Origin: Mobula hypostoma
Taxonomy: Eukaryota
Length of the DNA stretch: 64,000 nucleotides
Assembly (NCBI RefSeq): GCF_963921235.1
Contig: NC_086108.1
Span: forward strand, 58,902,001-58,966,000
Direction of reading: 5' to 3'
Shown piece after piece: positions 1-14,117 of this stretch. The translations under genes and the position numbers were made by a program. The notes beneath the pieces are model-generated. The model saw only the letters and a list, made by a program, of their open reading frames with translations. It was not told where the DNA came from and did not search any database. The first letter of the stretch is position 1. Every line of letters starts with the position of its first letter.

Positions 1-1847
1 GGATAAAATTTCAAAGCAATCCTTTATGCATATTTTAATGATATTACTCATTAAAATATTTAGTATTTAAAGCATTGTAAATAATTGAATATTGGTGATG
101 TAAATCCTTTAAACCATATTTTGTATATAAATTCACTCTCATTAACAGTGAATTGTTAATTTATGGAAAGAAAAGTCTGACCAAGTTTATTCAATGAAAA
201 GCTAATGAAAAGCTTGGTACTTTTTTTTAATGCAATTCAACTTCTGTATGGATTGAATTTCTTTTCTAACCAGTGCTTGCATATGGCCCTATTTACAGGA
301 GGAGAGTCGGAGAGTGGGAATGGCGCAAGGCTTTCCACAAATTCACCCTGAAATCCCCACGGATAAGGTAATTTTCATAAAACTACCTGAAACTTTGGGT
401 CTAATTTGGTGCATTTGCAGATATGAATATCTTCAAAATAAGTGTTTGACCCTGTGTTTAGGAGTGTCAGATGGGACCTATAAATAAACAATTATCACCA
501 AAATGTTTTCAAAGAAAGGCAGTAATAGGACAGCACTTCTTTCTTTGCATTCAATTAGCAGAATGTAGTGGACAATTATGTTGCAACGTCTCACCAGCAC
601 AGTTCTAATTTTAAATTCTGAGTGGGTAGAAAAGAGATTTGGAAACAAATACACTGCTCAAACACTGGAAATGATCAATTAGTTTTATGATATGGCTTCA
701 TTTAAATCCTGTTGCAATGAATTTCTATTAGGTACAAGGGTTGGTGAGGAGGAGAAGGGAAAAAGTAACTACATATCCCAGAAACCACCGACATTATCTT
801 GTGTTGACTTCTGGGACGGCCCTGGAGTTGGGAAAGAACTGATAATATCTGTTCCAAGGAAAGCTTAGTTTTATTTATTCAGCCTGTATTAATACATTGG
901 CAGCAAGCGAATGCAAAAGCCAAATAGCTATTAATTAAAATGGCTGTCTACACTGGTGGTCTAATAGTTTCATGCATGCATTCATAAAGAAGCATGCCAG
1001 GTGTTTCCAAGGTGCATGCCAGATGTCCTTGCTATCTGTTTAGTGCAGCAGGACAAAATTCAAAACACTCAGCTACTGGTAGTGTTTTGGTAAGTAAGTG
1101 ACATGGCCAAGGTTATTTGTCCACATACTTATGTGCGTTAAAATAAATTCAACCTAATCTTAAATCTAGGATTGTCCAACACACTTATTCAATGGTATTT
1201 GCAAATTACAGCAAAACACCATGTTAAATATGAGAAATATAACCATGCTGGAGGTTGAAAACACAAGATAACTTATGCCACGCTACCAATGACTGAACTA
1301 CAACCACTTTTATTTTGCTCCTTGGGGAGAAGTCACACAGCCACAATATACCTTAGTGTTGGAATCCCACCGAACTGATGCCAAGATTGCTGTTGAAACT
1401 GATCAGTTTAGTTCACCATTGAACAGACAATATGGATAGCTCTTTGCAGAATCTCCATGCACAATTACCAGGACGAGGTGTACTGGAAATCTTAGTGAAA
1501 GAAATATATGAAATATAGATCTGGCAGAACAAAAATACTGAAATGGAATGAGTAATCCTGACAGGAATGAGCTATGAAGTTTCATCATCTTTCTCAGTCC
1601 AAAAACCTTGAGTCCTATTTTCATTTTCCAAATTCACCTTACCTTGGTTTCTAAGTTGGAATCATTTTTACTTCACACAAAATTATAGATCATCTGCTGT
1701 TCATACAGGCATTACGATAATGTTACAATAAATGAAGAAATACATAATGATGAAATAACCACTTTGGGTAGATATCGCTCAGATGATTGCATTGAAAATT
1801 GGCATCTCAGAAGGTGATGAAATGATTCTAGCCGAGGTAATTACCTG

Positions 1848-2630
1848 AAGTGGGCTGCTGGAGTAGTGGTGGAAGCAGATACTAAAGTGGCCTTCAGAAA
1901 GAGGAAGTTGGGAGTGCACGCACCAGTCCATCCACTTTGAGGTACCAGTGCTGAAAAGAGTGAGTAGTTTTAAATTTCTAGGGTGTCAATGTCTCTGAAG
2001 ATCTATCCTGGATCCAATGCATTGATGCAATCAGGAGGAAGGTATGCCAGCAGCTTTACTTTGTTAGAAGTTTGAGGAGATTTGGTATGTCACAGACTCT
2101 TGCAAATCCCTGTAGATGTATGGTGGAGACTATTCAATCAGTTATATCACAGCCTGGTATGGACGTTGCAGTGCACAAGATGCTGCTATCAGCTCCATCA
2201 AAAGCGTAACATTTCCCACCATCAAGAGGTGATACCTCCATCATTAAGGACTCTCACCATCTGAGCCATGCCCTCTTCTCATTACTGCCATTAGGGAGGG
2301 GGTACAGGAGCCTGATAACAACATGCAATCAGATTTTCTGAATAATCCATGAACCCTGCCTCATTATTTCTTCTTTTGTAATTTTTTTATTTGTTTTATG
2401 ATTTGTACTAATTTTATATCTTTGCACTGTACTACCACTGCAGAAAGATTGTAGTACAAGACAGTGATTATAAAATTGGTTCTGGTTCTGATTTAGATAG
2501 ACACATGTATATGCATTGGAATGGAGGTATGTGTACAGGCAGAAGAGATGTAGTTAAATGTAGTATTGTGGTTGGCACAGATATTGTGGACTGAGGGGTC
2601 TATTCCTGTGCTGTACTCTTCTGTGTTCTT
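1848..2630 (+). mobile_element. CR1 LINE 3' end split by a nested Rex/Babar insertion (CR1 parts about 1848-1895 and 2493-2630)
   Basis: gtagtggtggaagcagatacta ... tagatagacacatg ... tattcctgtgctgtactcttctgtgttct matches CR1 3' ends elsewhere in the window (e.g. 60820-60985). Confidence 0.7.
1896..2491 (+). mobile_element. Rex1/Babar-type LINE, 5'-truncated and decayed
   Basis: Remnant ..SSFKFLG..; similar to 18380-18830; ends in a (GTTCTG/ATTCTG)-type tail. Confidence 0.75.
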
Positions 2631-3124
2631 TGACTGACTCCATATTATGATGTACTTTCTAAAATTTCACTTTTCGTTTTAAGAGTCTATCAGAATGTTA
2701 ATGTGATAGGATATATGATTCCACTTTTTATAAAAGAAAATGGTTGTTCTGTGAAAGGCACATTTTTGTCTTTGTTGCTGGCATGCAGCCTTGCTAGATA
2801 TGCACATGGACCAAAAGACAGGGTGGTAAAATAATAGTCTTCATACTCTGATCTTAATTTATCATGAGAAAACAGGATCTGCAAAGTATATTATTGACTA
2901 GTGACACACTGGCATTTGTGTTAAAAGGTTTATAAATTAAATCAGATAGTTACGAACAAGTGGTCTTTAGTAAGAAAATTATGATTGTCTTAATTCTAAC
3001 AATGAGAAAATACAAGGTAACACTGAAGGTTTGAAAACAAAAAGGTAGGAGGACTTCAGAGTCTAGCTATCATTAAAAGCCTAAAAAAATAAGAAAAACT
3101 CAAGGAGCTAAACTTCCCAACAGA

Positions 3125-3280
3125 CATTGCAACATTTAAGAGAGGTTTGTATAAGAATATAGATGGGAGGGGATGGAGGGGTGTGGTCCAGGTATGGGTT
3201 GATGGGACAAGCAGAATAACAGCTCAGTATGAGCTAGATGAGCCGAAAGGCTTGGTTCTCTGCTGTAGAGCTCTCTGACA
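3125..3280 (+). mobile_element. CR1 LINE 3' fragment
   Basis: acatttaagaga..tatagatgggagg..gagccgaaaggcttggttctctgctgtagagctctctgac, a CR1 3' UTR-like end. Confidence 0.7.
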
Positions 3281-5369
3281 TAGATAGTGCTGCAGAGGCT
3301 AACTAAACCAGTTAATCATGGGGTTGCAGATGAGTGGTATTTCAAACTTAGCAGGTACGAGGTGGGATGATCCTTGGGACTTCAGTATAGCTAGACATGA
3401 TAAAGAGAGGGCAGTTTCGAGAGTCATGGGGAAAGCACAAACTTACAAGTGTGATATTCCTACCACATCAGGAGCTCTTAATTTGGCAGTTCTCAACAAG
3501 CAAAATGCCTTCCTGTTGGGCTGAATACTGGGCCTTGTGGAATACTCAAACCAGGCGATGCAGACTAGATTTGGAAGTGGAGGCTCCATGCCTCTGAAGG
3601 ATGGTTGGACATTGTAGGGATAGAGATAGAAACCTGGAAGATGCCAGAGTTGACTGTCCTTCACTAAACCTCCAAAGAAAAAGGCCTTGTCTTGATCACA
3701 GTGAAGTAAGGGTCATCTGTGAAAAAGCTTAGCTTCTGTAGAGGACTCCCTAATAACAACACGAGGATATTTAAGCAGTCATTCATCTGGAAAATATGAC
3801 CTCGTTTTCCTGTTGAAGGTCACATTGTTTCTCCAATTTCATAGCAGTGTTGCGAAATATCCTTACATGCCAAACAGTAGAACGCTGTACACTCATCAGC
3901 ATTCTTGTGCAGGTGTAATCACCTTGCAAGAAGCCCATGATTCAAATTCACATTACACATACAGAATGTGATGCTCCACCTCTAGCTAATCAATCATCTG
4001 TGCATAAAATGTACGAACTACACAATGGAATTCCTTGGCAAAAAAAAAGGTTGCAGCAGAGGGGAGGGTCAGAGTGTTTGTTGGATTTCAGAAGTGACAC
4101 CAGAATTGCCTCTTGGATAACAAGCCTTTCATTCTTAATCACTGCAGGTAAGCAAGAAAGTGTTGATAAAGTCTCCCCAATGGAGGAAAAGGTCTTCACT
4201 TTAATCGCCCAGCACAGTTCATCAAGGTGAACGATTTTTTTGAGATGGAATTACATCACAGGATCCCTATATCAGCATTAAACAGTCCCTGAGCAGCTAG
4301 GCATAGGGAAAGCTTCTCTTCGTACCCCCTCATTGTGCCTGAGATTGAAGTCCAGAGCAGCAGTCTTCTCAGCCATCCTGTGACCTCTCTGAGTGTGATT
4401 TTGCACAATAGCCTCAAACCTTCTGGGAACTAGTTTGAAACTGTTCAAAGACACAGGACCCCAGAAGACAAAAGAGAATTTCATCCCACCTGTGTGGGCT
4501 GAATTTTAATCCAGACACTGGAAGTGATATGTTGGCCTTTTGTTATCTGGCAAGTACCACAAATCTTGGCATAGAATGAAAATATCTGAAAAATACTCAG
4601 TTCAACCAGTGAAGCAAACATGTTCACACAGTAATAAATAGTTTTAAAGACGTTAACATGATTACCTTTGATAAAGCAAAACATTCAACAAATTTGCAAT
4701 TGAGAAGATTTATTGGTCCAATACAGCCATAACTGTAAATCAGCCAAGTGTTACAGCTTTCTCCTGCCTCATCATGCTCTGTCAGATGAATAGATTTCTT
4801 CAAATGCTGATTAATCTGTTGTGCCTTTCCAGCAGACTTTCTGGTTTTATTAGCAACCTTCGGTTTTTCATAAGTGTCACTGCGCAGTACCATGAAAAGT
4901 AGATGATTCACATCATATAACTATAAATTTCAAATGTGTTATTATCTTCAGAGAATAAAATTCACCATGCTCACTTTGGGCAGATAATATTACTCAGTTT
5001 AGCAACTGATGCGAAATGGTTCCAACAGAAGGAGTAGATCTGATCAAATAACGAGTTTATTTATTTTTTCCAGCAGTTATGGATTAATGCAATTACTAAT
5101 CTGTAAATTATCATATAAGCAGTGACATTTTTTAAGCAGCCAGTCATTGAGAGTTGATTCAAGATTTTAAATAACTGGAGGTAAAAGACATACAACAAAT
5201 CTCTAAAAAAAAACAACCAAGGTGTCTTAAATTAGTATTTGAAAAAAAATCACTATTCAGTTTTACATTGTAACTTAGCTGCTGAGGGGTGGGAGCAGTT
5301 GTTGGGGGATCAAAATTCTTGCATCCAAAGCAATTAAATGTTATGTGTCAGACAGGACACAGCTTCAAT

Positions 5370-6630
5370 CCACATCATGGCACAAACATTGCTGTAATGG
5401 AACGCCTGAACTTTATGCCAATACAGACCATACAATTATTATGGATGATTTTCATTTGCATACTGACTGGATTAATCAAACGTGCAAGGGTCCCTATGGA
5501 ACCCACCCAAGGACAGTCTTACAGATCTTACAGTAAAGGATCCTCTGAAAAATAGTCACTTTAACCTGATAGAAATCCAGATACAGTTTAAGGGCAAACA
5601 CCTTGGGTCCAAAACCTGTGTTCCCAATATTAGAAAGGGCAAATACAAAAGTATGAAGAAAAATAATACAGTAAACTGGCAAAACTGTTTAAAGGAAAGG
5701 TAGAGGCAGGTATTAAAGTGACTATTTCAGAATGCTACGAAAAAATATTCCAATTAGAAAGCGGAATGAGAAAAAAGAACCATCAGTGATTAACAAAGGA
5801 GGTCAAGAAAAATATTAAATCTAAAACTAAAGCAAACTATTGCAACACACAAAATGCTGGAGGAACTCAGCAGGTCAGGCAGCATCTATGGAAATGAATA
5901 AACAGTTGATGTTACAGGCCGAGACCCTTGTTCAGCACTGTTACCTCAATGGAGAGAGAATGTAACTGAGTAGAATTCAGAAGGATTTAGGTGTAAACAC
6001 AATAATTCATCATGCCAGTGAAAGAAATAAAGAAGATAATGGTTAATAGGCCTTTATTTATTGGAGCATGCAGTTTTAAAATAGAGTATTGTTACAATTG
6101 TACAAGGTTCTGGTCCACATAGCTAAGAAAATATATATTAGCATTGGGGACGGTCCAGAAGAGAGTACAAGGTTAATTCTTGGGATGAAAGGGTGGCTAT
6201 TCCATAAGATACTTAAAAAATTACACCTGTATGTTTTGGAGTTGTGAAGAAAAGAAGTGATCTTATTGAAATATATAAGATAATACAGGAGTGTTACAGG
6301 AGGGAAGATAGATGTTGAAATATGTAATGTTTCCTCTGGTAGAGAAATCTTGAATCTTGAATAAGCAGGCACATTTGCAAGAAAAAGGGTGAGAATTTAA
6401 CTCTGAGGTGCATCGGTATATTTTCTAACTAACGATGGGGGATTTCTGGTATTCTCTACCCCTGGGAACTGTAGGGGTAGATTACTGGAAGTATTTAATG
6501 GGGGAAGACAGATAAATCTTTGAAAAAAATCAGGGAATTAAGGTCCGTGTAGAATATGTGAGGCGTATGGTAGATCAGTCATGATCATATTTAACAGTGG
6601 GGCAGGCTAGAATGTCTTACTCCTTCTGTT
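5370..6630 (+). mobile_element. old, internally deleted CR1 LINE
   Basis: Decayed endonuclease-like (MDDFHLHTDWINQ), RT-end and 3' UTR pieces; interrupted at 5843-5940. Confidence 0.6.
5843..5940 (-). mobile_element. Penelope-like terminal repeat fragment with degenerate hammerhead motif
   Basis: caacacacaaaatgctggaggaactcagcaggtcaggcagcatctatgg.. matches the terminus of the GIY-YIG-bearing elements at 34416 and 53575. Confidence 0.8.
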
Positions 6631-7712
6631 TTCTTGAGTGTATTCCAATCTGTCCTTAACTGTTTTTTAAAGAAGTCAGAGATCTCGCTACCTCAGGCTA
6701 CTCCATTAAAGCAATGGAGCTCCCAGAATAAGCATATACTGCTACAGTGGATCTCCCATGGTGTTGCATGCGTGACACAGCAAATGGTCATACTGGTTTT
6801 AACAACCTTAACTACATTGCAAGCTTTATTTAGTGGAACAGCCTGAGGCATAAATACAAAGAGAGTAAGAGTGTAACAGAAGACAACAAAGTAATAAAAG
6901 CCAGAGAGGCAGATAGATGAATACATGAAGAAATGCTGCAGTGCTGTGAGGAAAGAGACGGGAATGGAGGCAAACTGGACGGGACTGGAGTCAGTATCAG
7001 CAAGGTAGACAAATAGCCCCCTCCTGCAGTACAGGATCCTTTAATTTGATGGCATTATAACTGGCCAATCAAATTCCAAGATTTGAACTCTTACTTTATG
7101 GTTACAAATTGACATGCAAGCCTAAAGACATTTAGGACATTCTGGGAACTTAAGCAACCTTTTTTTTCTCCTAAGGAGATAGTAAGAGCTGGAAAGCATG
7201 CTGAAAATGTCTGAAATAATAAAAATTGACTTCAGAAAGCAGAATACTTGCAGGTGCCATATGGGAATTTTGTTGAAACATCAGTTGGATTTATGTCAAG
7301 GATAAAAATAAGGCATGAACCACTGGAAAAAAGATGACAACTATCATTCTCTTCTAAAATAATTTAGAAAGGAAGCTCATCTGAAAGGCTGCTATTAATC
7401 TTGTGGAATTCATTTTAGTAGGTCATTTTAACAGCAATTAAGTCATTTATTTTAGAGTTCTGGATAGCTAAATGTCACGTTGATCAGAACCATTATAAAA
7501 CTATAATTGTAATTAATCTCTTTGGTATCAAAAAAGAATGTATTGGTGAACCAATTTAAAATAATTAAGATTCTTCTTCCACAATAAATATCTTCCTAAA
7601 ATTTACTATTAAGTAATCCTTCTTCAACTATCGTAGCAAATGCTGTTAAGGGACAAAATAGTATTCCTCCATGTGTCCTCAAATTGGTCCATTCATGTTG
7701 TCGACAATAAAT

Positions 7713-7991
7713 GGGCGCCATGGTAGCTCAGGGCATTGGAGTTTGGAGTTCAATTCCGACATCGTCTGTAGGGAGTTTCTGTGCTCTCCCTGTGGAATGG
7801 GTGGGTTTTCCTCAGGACCTCCAGTTTCCTCCCACAGTCCAAAGACATACCAGTCAGTAGATTAACTGATCATTGTAAATTGTCCCATGGTTAGGCTAGG
7901 GTTAAGTTAGGGTTGTGCTGGGCGGTGCAGCTTGAAGGGGCGGAAGGGCCTATTCAGCACTGTATGTCTAAATAAAATCAATAAAAATAAA
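7713..7991 (+). mobile_element. V-SINE (HE1-like tRNA-derived SINE)
   Basis: B-box-like AGTTCAATTCC, V-domain tttcctcccacagtccaaagac..taaattgtcc, A-rich tail; paralogous to 15751-16032. Confidence 0.85.
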
Positions 7992-8234
7992 ATCAGTCTG
8001 CATGAGACTTTCAAACAATCCCCTTTTCCAAAAAATACCCACAAAGAGCAGAATATGGTGAAGCTCCATTGTGGCTTGCGGGAAGAAATAGTGGTTAAGT
8101 CAACTGACAGGTGGGAGAGTTGGAGGCTCTCTCAGCCAATGGTTACTTCTGAGCAAAACCAAACAGCTTACTTGTTCATTTAAATTCCTTAACCATGCCA
8201 GTTGTTTACTAAGATTAGGTGAAATCTGATTTAA

Positions 8235-8320
8235 CGCCTATAACCTGAAATACTAACATTGTTCCTCTTACTACAGATGTTGCCTGACCAATTGATTATT
8301 TCCAGCATTTTCAGTTTTTA
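8235..8320 (+). mobile_element. old Penelope-like terminal repeat relic
   Basis: cctgaaatactaac..cagatgttgcctgacc..tttccagcattttcagttttt resembles the other PLE termini. Confidence 0.55.
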
Positions 8321-9559
8321 ACGGGCCAGATCATGCTGCCAACGAGCTGCACTGTGCACCACAGTATGTTCCAGACTATGCTTTGCAACATAGAGGGCAA
8401 AGGATGTCATAATGCCCAAAGATAAAAGGCTCGATACGTTTCGCATCCTGCTCCTTACCCTTATGCCAGTCAGAAGTGGAGGATCTTACGTGTTCCTTTT
8501 TAGTTAAATGGGGTGCTGAACCTCATTAAAAAGAAAAATTAATGAGTTTACTTATCATCTTGCTTTAGCTTGATTAATATTGATGCTTTAATTAAGTTAT
8601 GACAGTTAATTGAAGTTTTAAATTAGCTTTATTTTTTATTATTCATTTTAAAAGTTGAAAATTATTTATTTTCAATTGTTTCTGATGAACAAGGACATGT
8701 GGAAGTAATGAAATAGCCTTTAAGGAAAGGCAAGCTGTCACGAAATCAGCAGGGCAGTCTGTGGATCGGACCTCACCTTGCACTGCAGGAAACCTGGTGC
8801 CAGTCACAGCATAGCTGCTACAGTGAACTTTCAACGTTATTGGGAGCCACATGGTTGCAAAAGGTTAGTGTGACCATGGTCGAATGTTGAGTGCAGCCAC
8901 AAATCCACAGCAATCTACACAACCATAACAGTAATATCTTCAGTCACTAAATTTGCATATAAAATTTTAAGACCATAACTTTCAACAAGAAAGTAAATTT
9001 CTGATCTTCCGGTAATTTAATTTTAATCCTATTTAAATAATTTAAGTGCATTTAAATATTTTTTCTTCCTATCATCAATGGAAGATTGTATGAAAATAGT
9101 TCTAGGTTACACGTGATTCTTGTGTTCTTTTCAAAATCAAACAGATGAAGTTAATTTTAAAAATATTATTTCTTACAAATCTGTTGGGTTCCTATATGTG
9201 AATACTTTCAGATGAACAGATACATAATGTTAACATCAATAGTTCATTTAGTATGAAATTTCCAAGTAATGGAAGATCACGTTACCGTGGATATACTTCC
9301 TAAAATGCTGTTTTGTACTGTAGTTTCAAGAATTTTTGACGTGATTTTGGTAGAAATTGAAATGCTATCATATATTTGACACATTTTATCTTTGACTGTT
9401 TAAACTGTCATTGATCTGATATAGTTGTAATTTTGCCCAAATTACCTGCCCGTTGATTTCTTCAGCTCGTAAACTTCTACTCCAAAGTGACCCTTGTTAC
9501 CAAGAATTTATCATTTCACCAGCAAGTATTGTCAGAGTAAACATTATACTGAGAAAGGT

Positions 9560-9960
9560 ATATCAATATTGAGTTTATCAATCGTGGATGAGTTTTGACA
9601 GTGGATGCACTTGTCTCTGAGCACAGGAACACAAGAAGTTGGTCTCTCACTCCTGCTCTGCTATTCAGTAAGCTCATGGGTAACCCGATCATGGCCTCCA
9701 ATCTAATTTATACTCCGCCCCCTTGCAATAAAAGCCAATTTTCCATTTTACTTCCTAATTATTTGTTGTACCTCCCAACTAATTTCTTGTATTTCATGTT
9801 CGAGACATGTAAGATTTCTTTGTACTACAGCAACCTGTAGCCTGTCACCATATTCTTGTTTTCTGTTCTTTCTACAAAATCTCATTTACCCCACATTAAA
9901 GTTCATTTGGTAATTTTTTTATGCACTGGCTTAATCTTTCCATTTCTCATTCCAAACTCT
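9560..9960 (-). mobile_element. old CR1 LINE fragment
   Basis: gcaataaaagccaattttccatt..cctaatt..accccacattaaagttcatttg resembles 17730-17880. Confidence 0.45.
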
Positions 9961-10539
9961 TTTTATTCCTTCATTGATTAAAATAGTATTTAAATTGTTG
10001 AAGCCTAGTGATGATCTCAATGAAGAACTGTTATTTACATCCAAATAACCTAAAAAGTCTCATTTATTCACATTCTCTGTTTTCTGGTAGCTAGCTTATA
10101 CTCTTAACATGCTAGTAAAATGATTCTTGGTCCAGCTCCAACTTGTTATCTTCATAAATTCAGTTTGCAGGGGTTCAAGGAACAATACAGGAGTGTTTTC
10201 ATTTCAAATTCAGAATTTAAAAAATCAATATGAGAATAATGTTGATGTCACAATTTCAGCATGACCCAAATAAGTGTAGGTTTATCTTTCCATAAAACTG
10301 CACTGAATACATTAAAATCAAGTCTACGTGTATGAGTGGAATTACATGTAATTCATATTGTATTGTGGTGATAGTTTTTTCTTTTGACAAGAAAAGGTAC
10401 TTTTGGGAATTTGCAGTTTGATGTTTAGTGTTCTTTTGGTAGAAAGCTTACAAAACTATTGGCTACTCTTCTTCTGCTAAATATACTTGTTCTTCTTTTC
10501 CTGATCTGTGATCAATTGCGGCCTGTAATTTCCCCTTGA

Positions 10540-11265
10540 TGGATGTATTTTTGGGCCGAGGGAATGATCTGGTGCTTCAGTGATCCCCTGGGGGATTTGG
10601 CAAGTCGTGCAGCTATTGCTGGGGGTGGCTGTGTCAATTCCTAATTGCGGACCATGAGCCCATGCTGACTGAAGTGTTGAGCAAGATTAAAATCGACGAG
10701 GACGAGAGTGGAAAATGAACGGGTGTTCAGAGCCCTCTGCCTGCATTTGACTGGACTACCTCTCGCTGCTGCCAGCAGAAGGTGCAGGAGTCTTGGGTCC
10801 TAAGCTGCAAAATTTGATCAGTAAGAAGTATGATGGCTCATGGCTGTGGGCTCACTTTTGGTTGTGGTTCAATGTTTAATGTCTCAACACTGAATACGCT
10901 TTAGTATTTGCACAATTTGATCGAGGCGCTTTGGCGTAGAACTGGATCTATGGCTTTGGCCTATGGCCATTGCCAGACACAATGCTGAACTGGCTGACTT
11001 GGTGGCTGTGGCCACAGCCATTGGCCTCACTTGCCTCGACAGCTTGTGGTTGTGGACTCACTTTTGGGGACTTTGCAGTTTGAAGTTTAATGTTCTGTGT
11101 GTTATTTGTTCACTGTTTGTTGTTTGCACAATTTGCTCTTTTTTCATATGTTTTCTGGTCTTCTAGTGTGGGTTTTTTCCTTACATGGTGTTCTTTGTTT
11201 TGTGGCAAATCTCAAGGTTGTATACTGTGTACATACTTTGATAATAAATGTAGTTTGAACTTTGA
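10540..11265 (+). mobile_element. unclassified retroelement with Rex/Babar-like 3' tail
   Basis: GC-richer body, T-rich 3' region, ends tactttgataataaatgtagtttgaactttga, similar to the tail at 58945-59030 (minus). Confidence 0.5.
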
Positions 11266-12429
11266 ACGTCCGGAGAACAGTAGTGAATTGGTCAATATTT
11301 TAAGAATAATCAAGCTATTTTAATGATTATGTTATGGTGCTAGTTCAAAAAATTATTAAATTCAATCTTACAACTTGGCATTGTGGCATTTCAATTCTCA
11401 ATAAGTATAGAAGCCTAGGCTTTCTAAATCAGTATAGCTCCTTACTTTATCACTGAGGTGCTTCTGACAATCTCTTCTGTCTCTACTGGCTCATTACAAG
11501 CAAACGAATGAAAAGAGTACTGAATAACATTTATAAATTCAGCAATATTGATATATCTTTCACAGCTGAATGTTTACTTTGACAATACTTGAATGGTAAA
11601 ATCAATCTTTATTGTATATCATTTAATTTTATGAGAAATTGAAGCAGGAGGAGATAATTTTGCCCCTTATGCCTAATCTTCTAACTTGATGCCATTTCTC
11701 TTAACTGATCTTATAACTAAATATCTAAAAGCTTTGAATATATTCAATGACTGAGTCCCCAAGGGTTTCTTCTGTGAAAAATATCAAATGTTCATTATGT
11801 GAAAATGTGTGCACACTTAAAATAAAATAGCGTTAGTCTCAATGGTTCTGTGAAACCATAAATTCACTTCAGAATGTTTATATCCTCTTTACAAAGGAAC
11901 TGCAGTCTTAGAGTATTGGTCCAAGTGTAACTCCAACTACTGCAGTTTGCAACTCGGTTATTTTCTGGCTAAATCATTTAGTCCTAAGATATCTCAATGG
12001 AGCTATTCAGCCACTATGTTGCATATACATAGCAGGCTCATGTCTGAGCAGCCTGATATGGTGACAACACTGATTATGTCTGGAACAATTTTGATCACAT
12101 CCAGTTCCTTGGGTACATGGTAAATTATAATAATTATTTGTGGAGGCTCTCGAATTTTGGACTTTCAATGAAGTATCAAATGCCATAATTAACTAAACGC
12201 ATGTAATGTATAAATGAATGAGATCACAGTGTAATTATTTAAATATTTTACATTTTTACCAGATATAGGCAACTTTCTGCTTGTAGTTAATCAAACAGTG
12301 TTAAAATTTCTGCGGATACTGTTGGAATTTCGAGCCAGCCTTCTGAATGAAACAGATAATAGCAAGAGAGACTTAAATCATCATTTTTATAAATACTAAG
12401 CTTGCGTCATTTCTTGTGCTGAATTCTGA

Positions 12430-13165
12430 CATGTGCCTACCTGAAAGTCTTTTAAATATCCCTGTTGTATAAGCCTCTACCACCAGCCCCGGTAGTTCAT
12501 TTCAGGCACTCATTACTCTATTTAAAAAAAAAAAAACTACCTCTGATATCTCCCCTAAATTGCCTCCACTCACCTTAAATGGATGTCCTCCAGCATTGGC
12601 CATTGCCACCCTGGGAAAAAGATGCAGACTGACCACCCTATCAATGCCCCTCATAATCTTATATACCTCTATAAATTTGCCTCTCATCTATCTTCATTCT
12701 AAAGAGAAAAGCCCTAGCTCACCCAATCTTTGCTCATAAGGCAGGTTCTCTAATCCAGGTGTTATCCTCTGTACTGTCTCTAAAGCTTCCACATCCTTCC
12801 TATAATAGGTCAACCAGAACTGAACACAATACTATAAATGTGGTTTAACCAGAGTTTTATAGAGCTGCAACCTCGTGGCTCTTAAACTCAATCCCCTTGT
12901 ACTCTGCCTTCAAGTTTGATCTTCCCAAGTGAATCACTTCACACTTCACTGTATTGAACTCCATCTGCCACTTCTCTGCCCAACTCTGCATCCTGTCTGT
13001 ATCTCATTGTAACCTACAGCAACATTCTACAGTATTGACAACACCTACAACATTCATGTCATCAACAAACTTACTAAACCACTCCTCCACTTCCTCATCC
13101 AAGTCACTTATAAAAATCACAAAGAGCAGTGGACCCAGAACAAATCCACATGGAGCACCAGAATT
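12430..13165 (-). mobile_element. CR1 LINE fragment (RT C-terminus, internally deleted)
   Basis: ORF 12502-12687 MRGKFIEVYKIMRGIDRV..LFPRV is the CR1 ORF2 C-terminus; RT remnants extend to 13160. Confidence 0.9.
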
Positions 13166-14117
13166 GTAAAAGAAAATCTGTGAATAGAATCATCTTATTA
13201 ATAAGAAAACAATTAACTGATCTTGCCTGAGAAAGAGATATTGGTCACAACTTCATGTTGGTCTTCAAATTAGATATGATGCTTAAGTAAAATGGGTAAC
13301 TAATCCTCAAAGCACAGGAACTGAACTGCAATCTAAATTCTACCTTGCAAACTTGTGCTTGGAAGCTAGAATCACATTTACTAAAAATGCGTAGAGTAGT
13401 TGCCCTGCTTTTAAAAATTAAAGACAGGAATTTTAAAGAAAAGTAAAGCATGAAGTTTTATTTTACTTCTGAATTTCAAATACAAATGAGGTGGTGTAGA
13501 AAATTATTAGTTCAGCTGCAGAGAGACGTTATCAGAATAAATTTTGGAAAATGAGTTATTGCAGCCTCAGAACTTAATTTATGGCACATGAAAGTCTTTC
13601 TGTATTTTCACAATTAAACTATAGATTTTTCCATTTCATTGTTCATCCTAACCTGATTTAATTTATATAAAGGGAACTAAGGATTTTAATTTACAGTTTT
13701 AATAAAATACCATCTTGAACATGTGCCATCTCGATGCATTCGAAATTCAAGGCCAGCAGCAAATACCTCAGAGCAAAGACAAAAGGAAATGAAGCAGGTG
13801 CACTCAGTCTTAAAGCAGACAACTACCTTTAATATTAACTCTTCTTAAAATACATGGCCATTGATGAATCCTGACCATTTTGTTTTTAATTTAGATATTT
13901 AGTAGTAAAAGTAAGTATAAGCTTGTATTCACACTGTTAAGTGTGTTTTTAAATGTTGCTGCTGTTATGAAAGAATTTCCCAATTGAGATCAATAAACTA
14001 TTTATTTTTATTATTTCTATAAGATACATTGGTTTGTCATTGTTATTTTAAAATCAATAATAAAAAGACCCAGTAAATAATAGAAAGTGAATTATCACTG
14101 ACTATTGACTATTGACT

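Noticed and set aside
3300..4500. Cluster of 66-97-aa ORFs
   Set aside because: No recognisable domain or convincing exon structure; possibly very old repeat debris.
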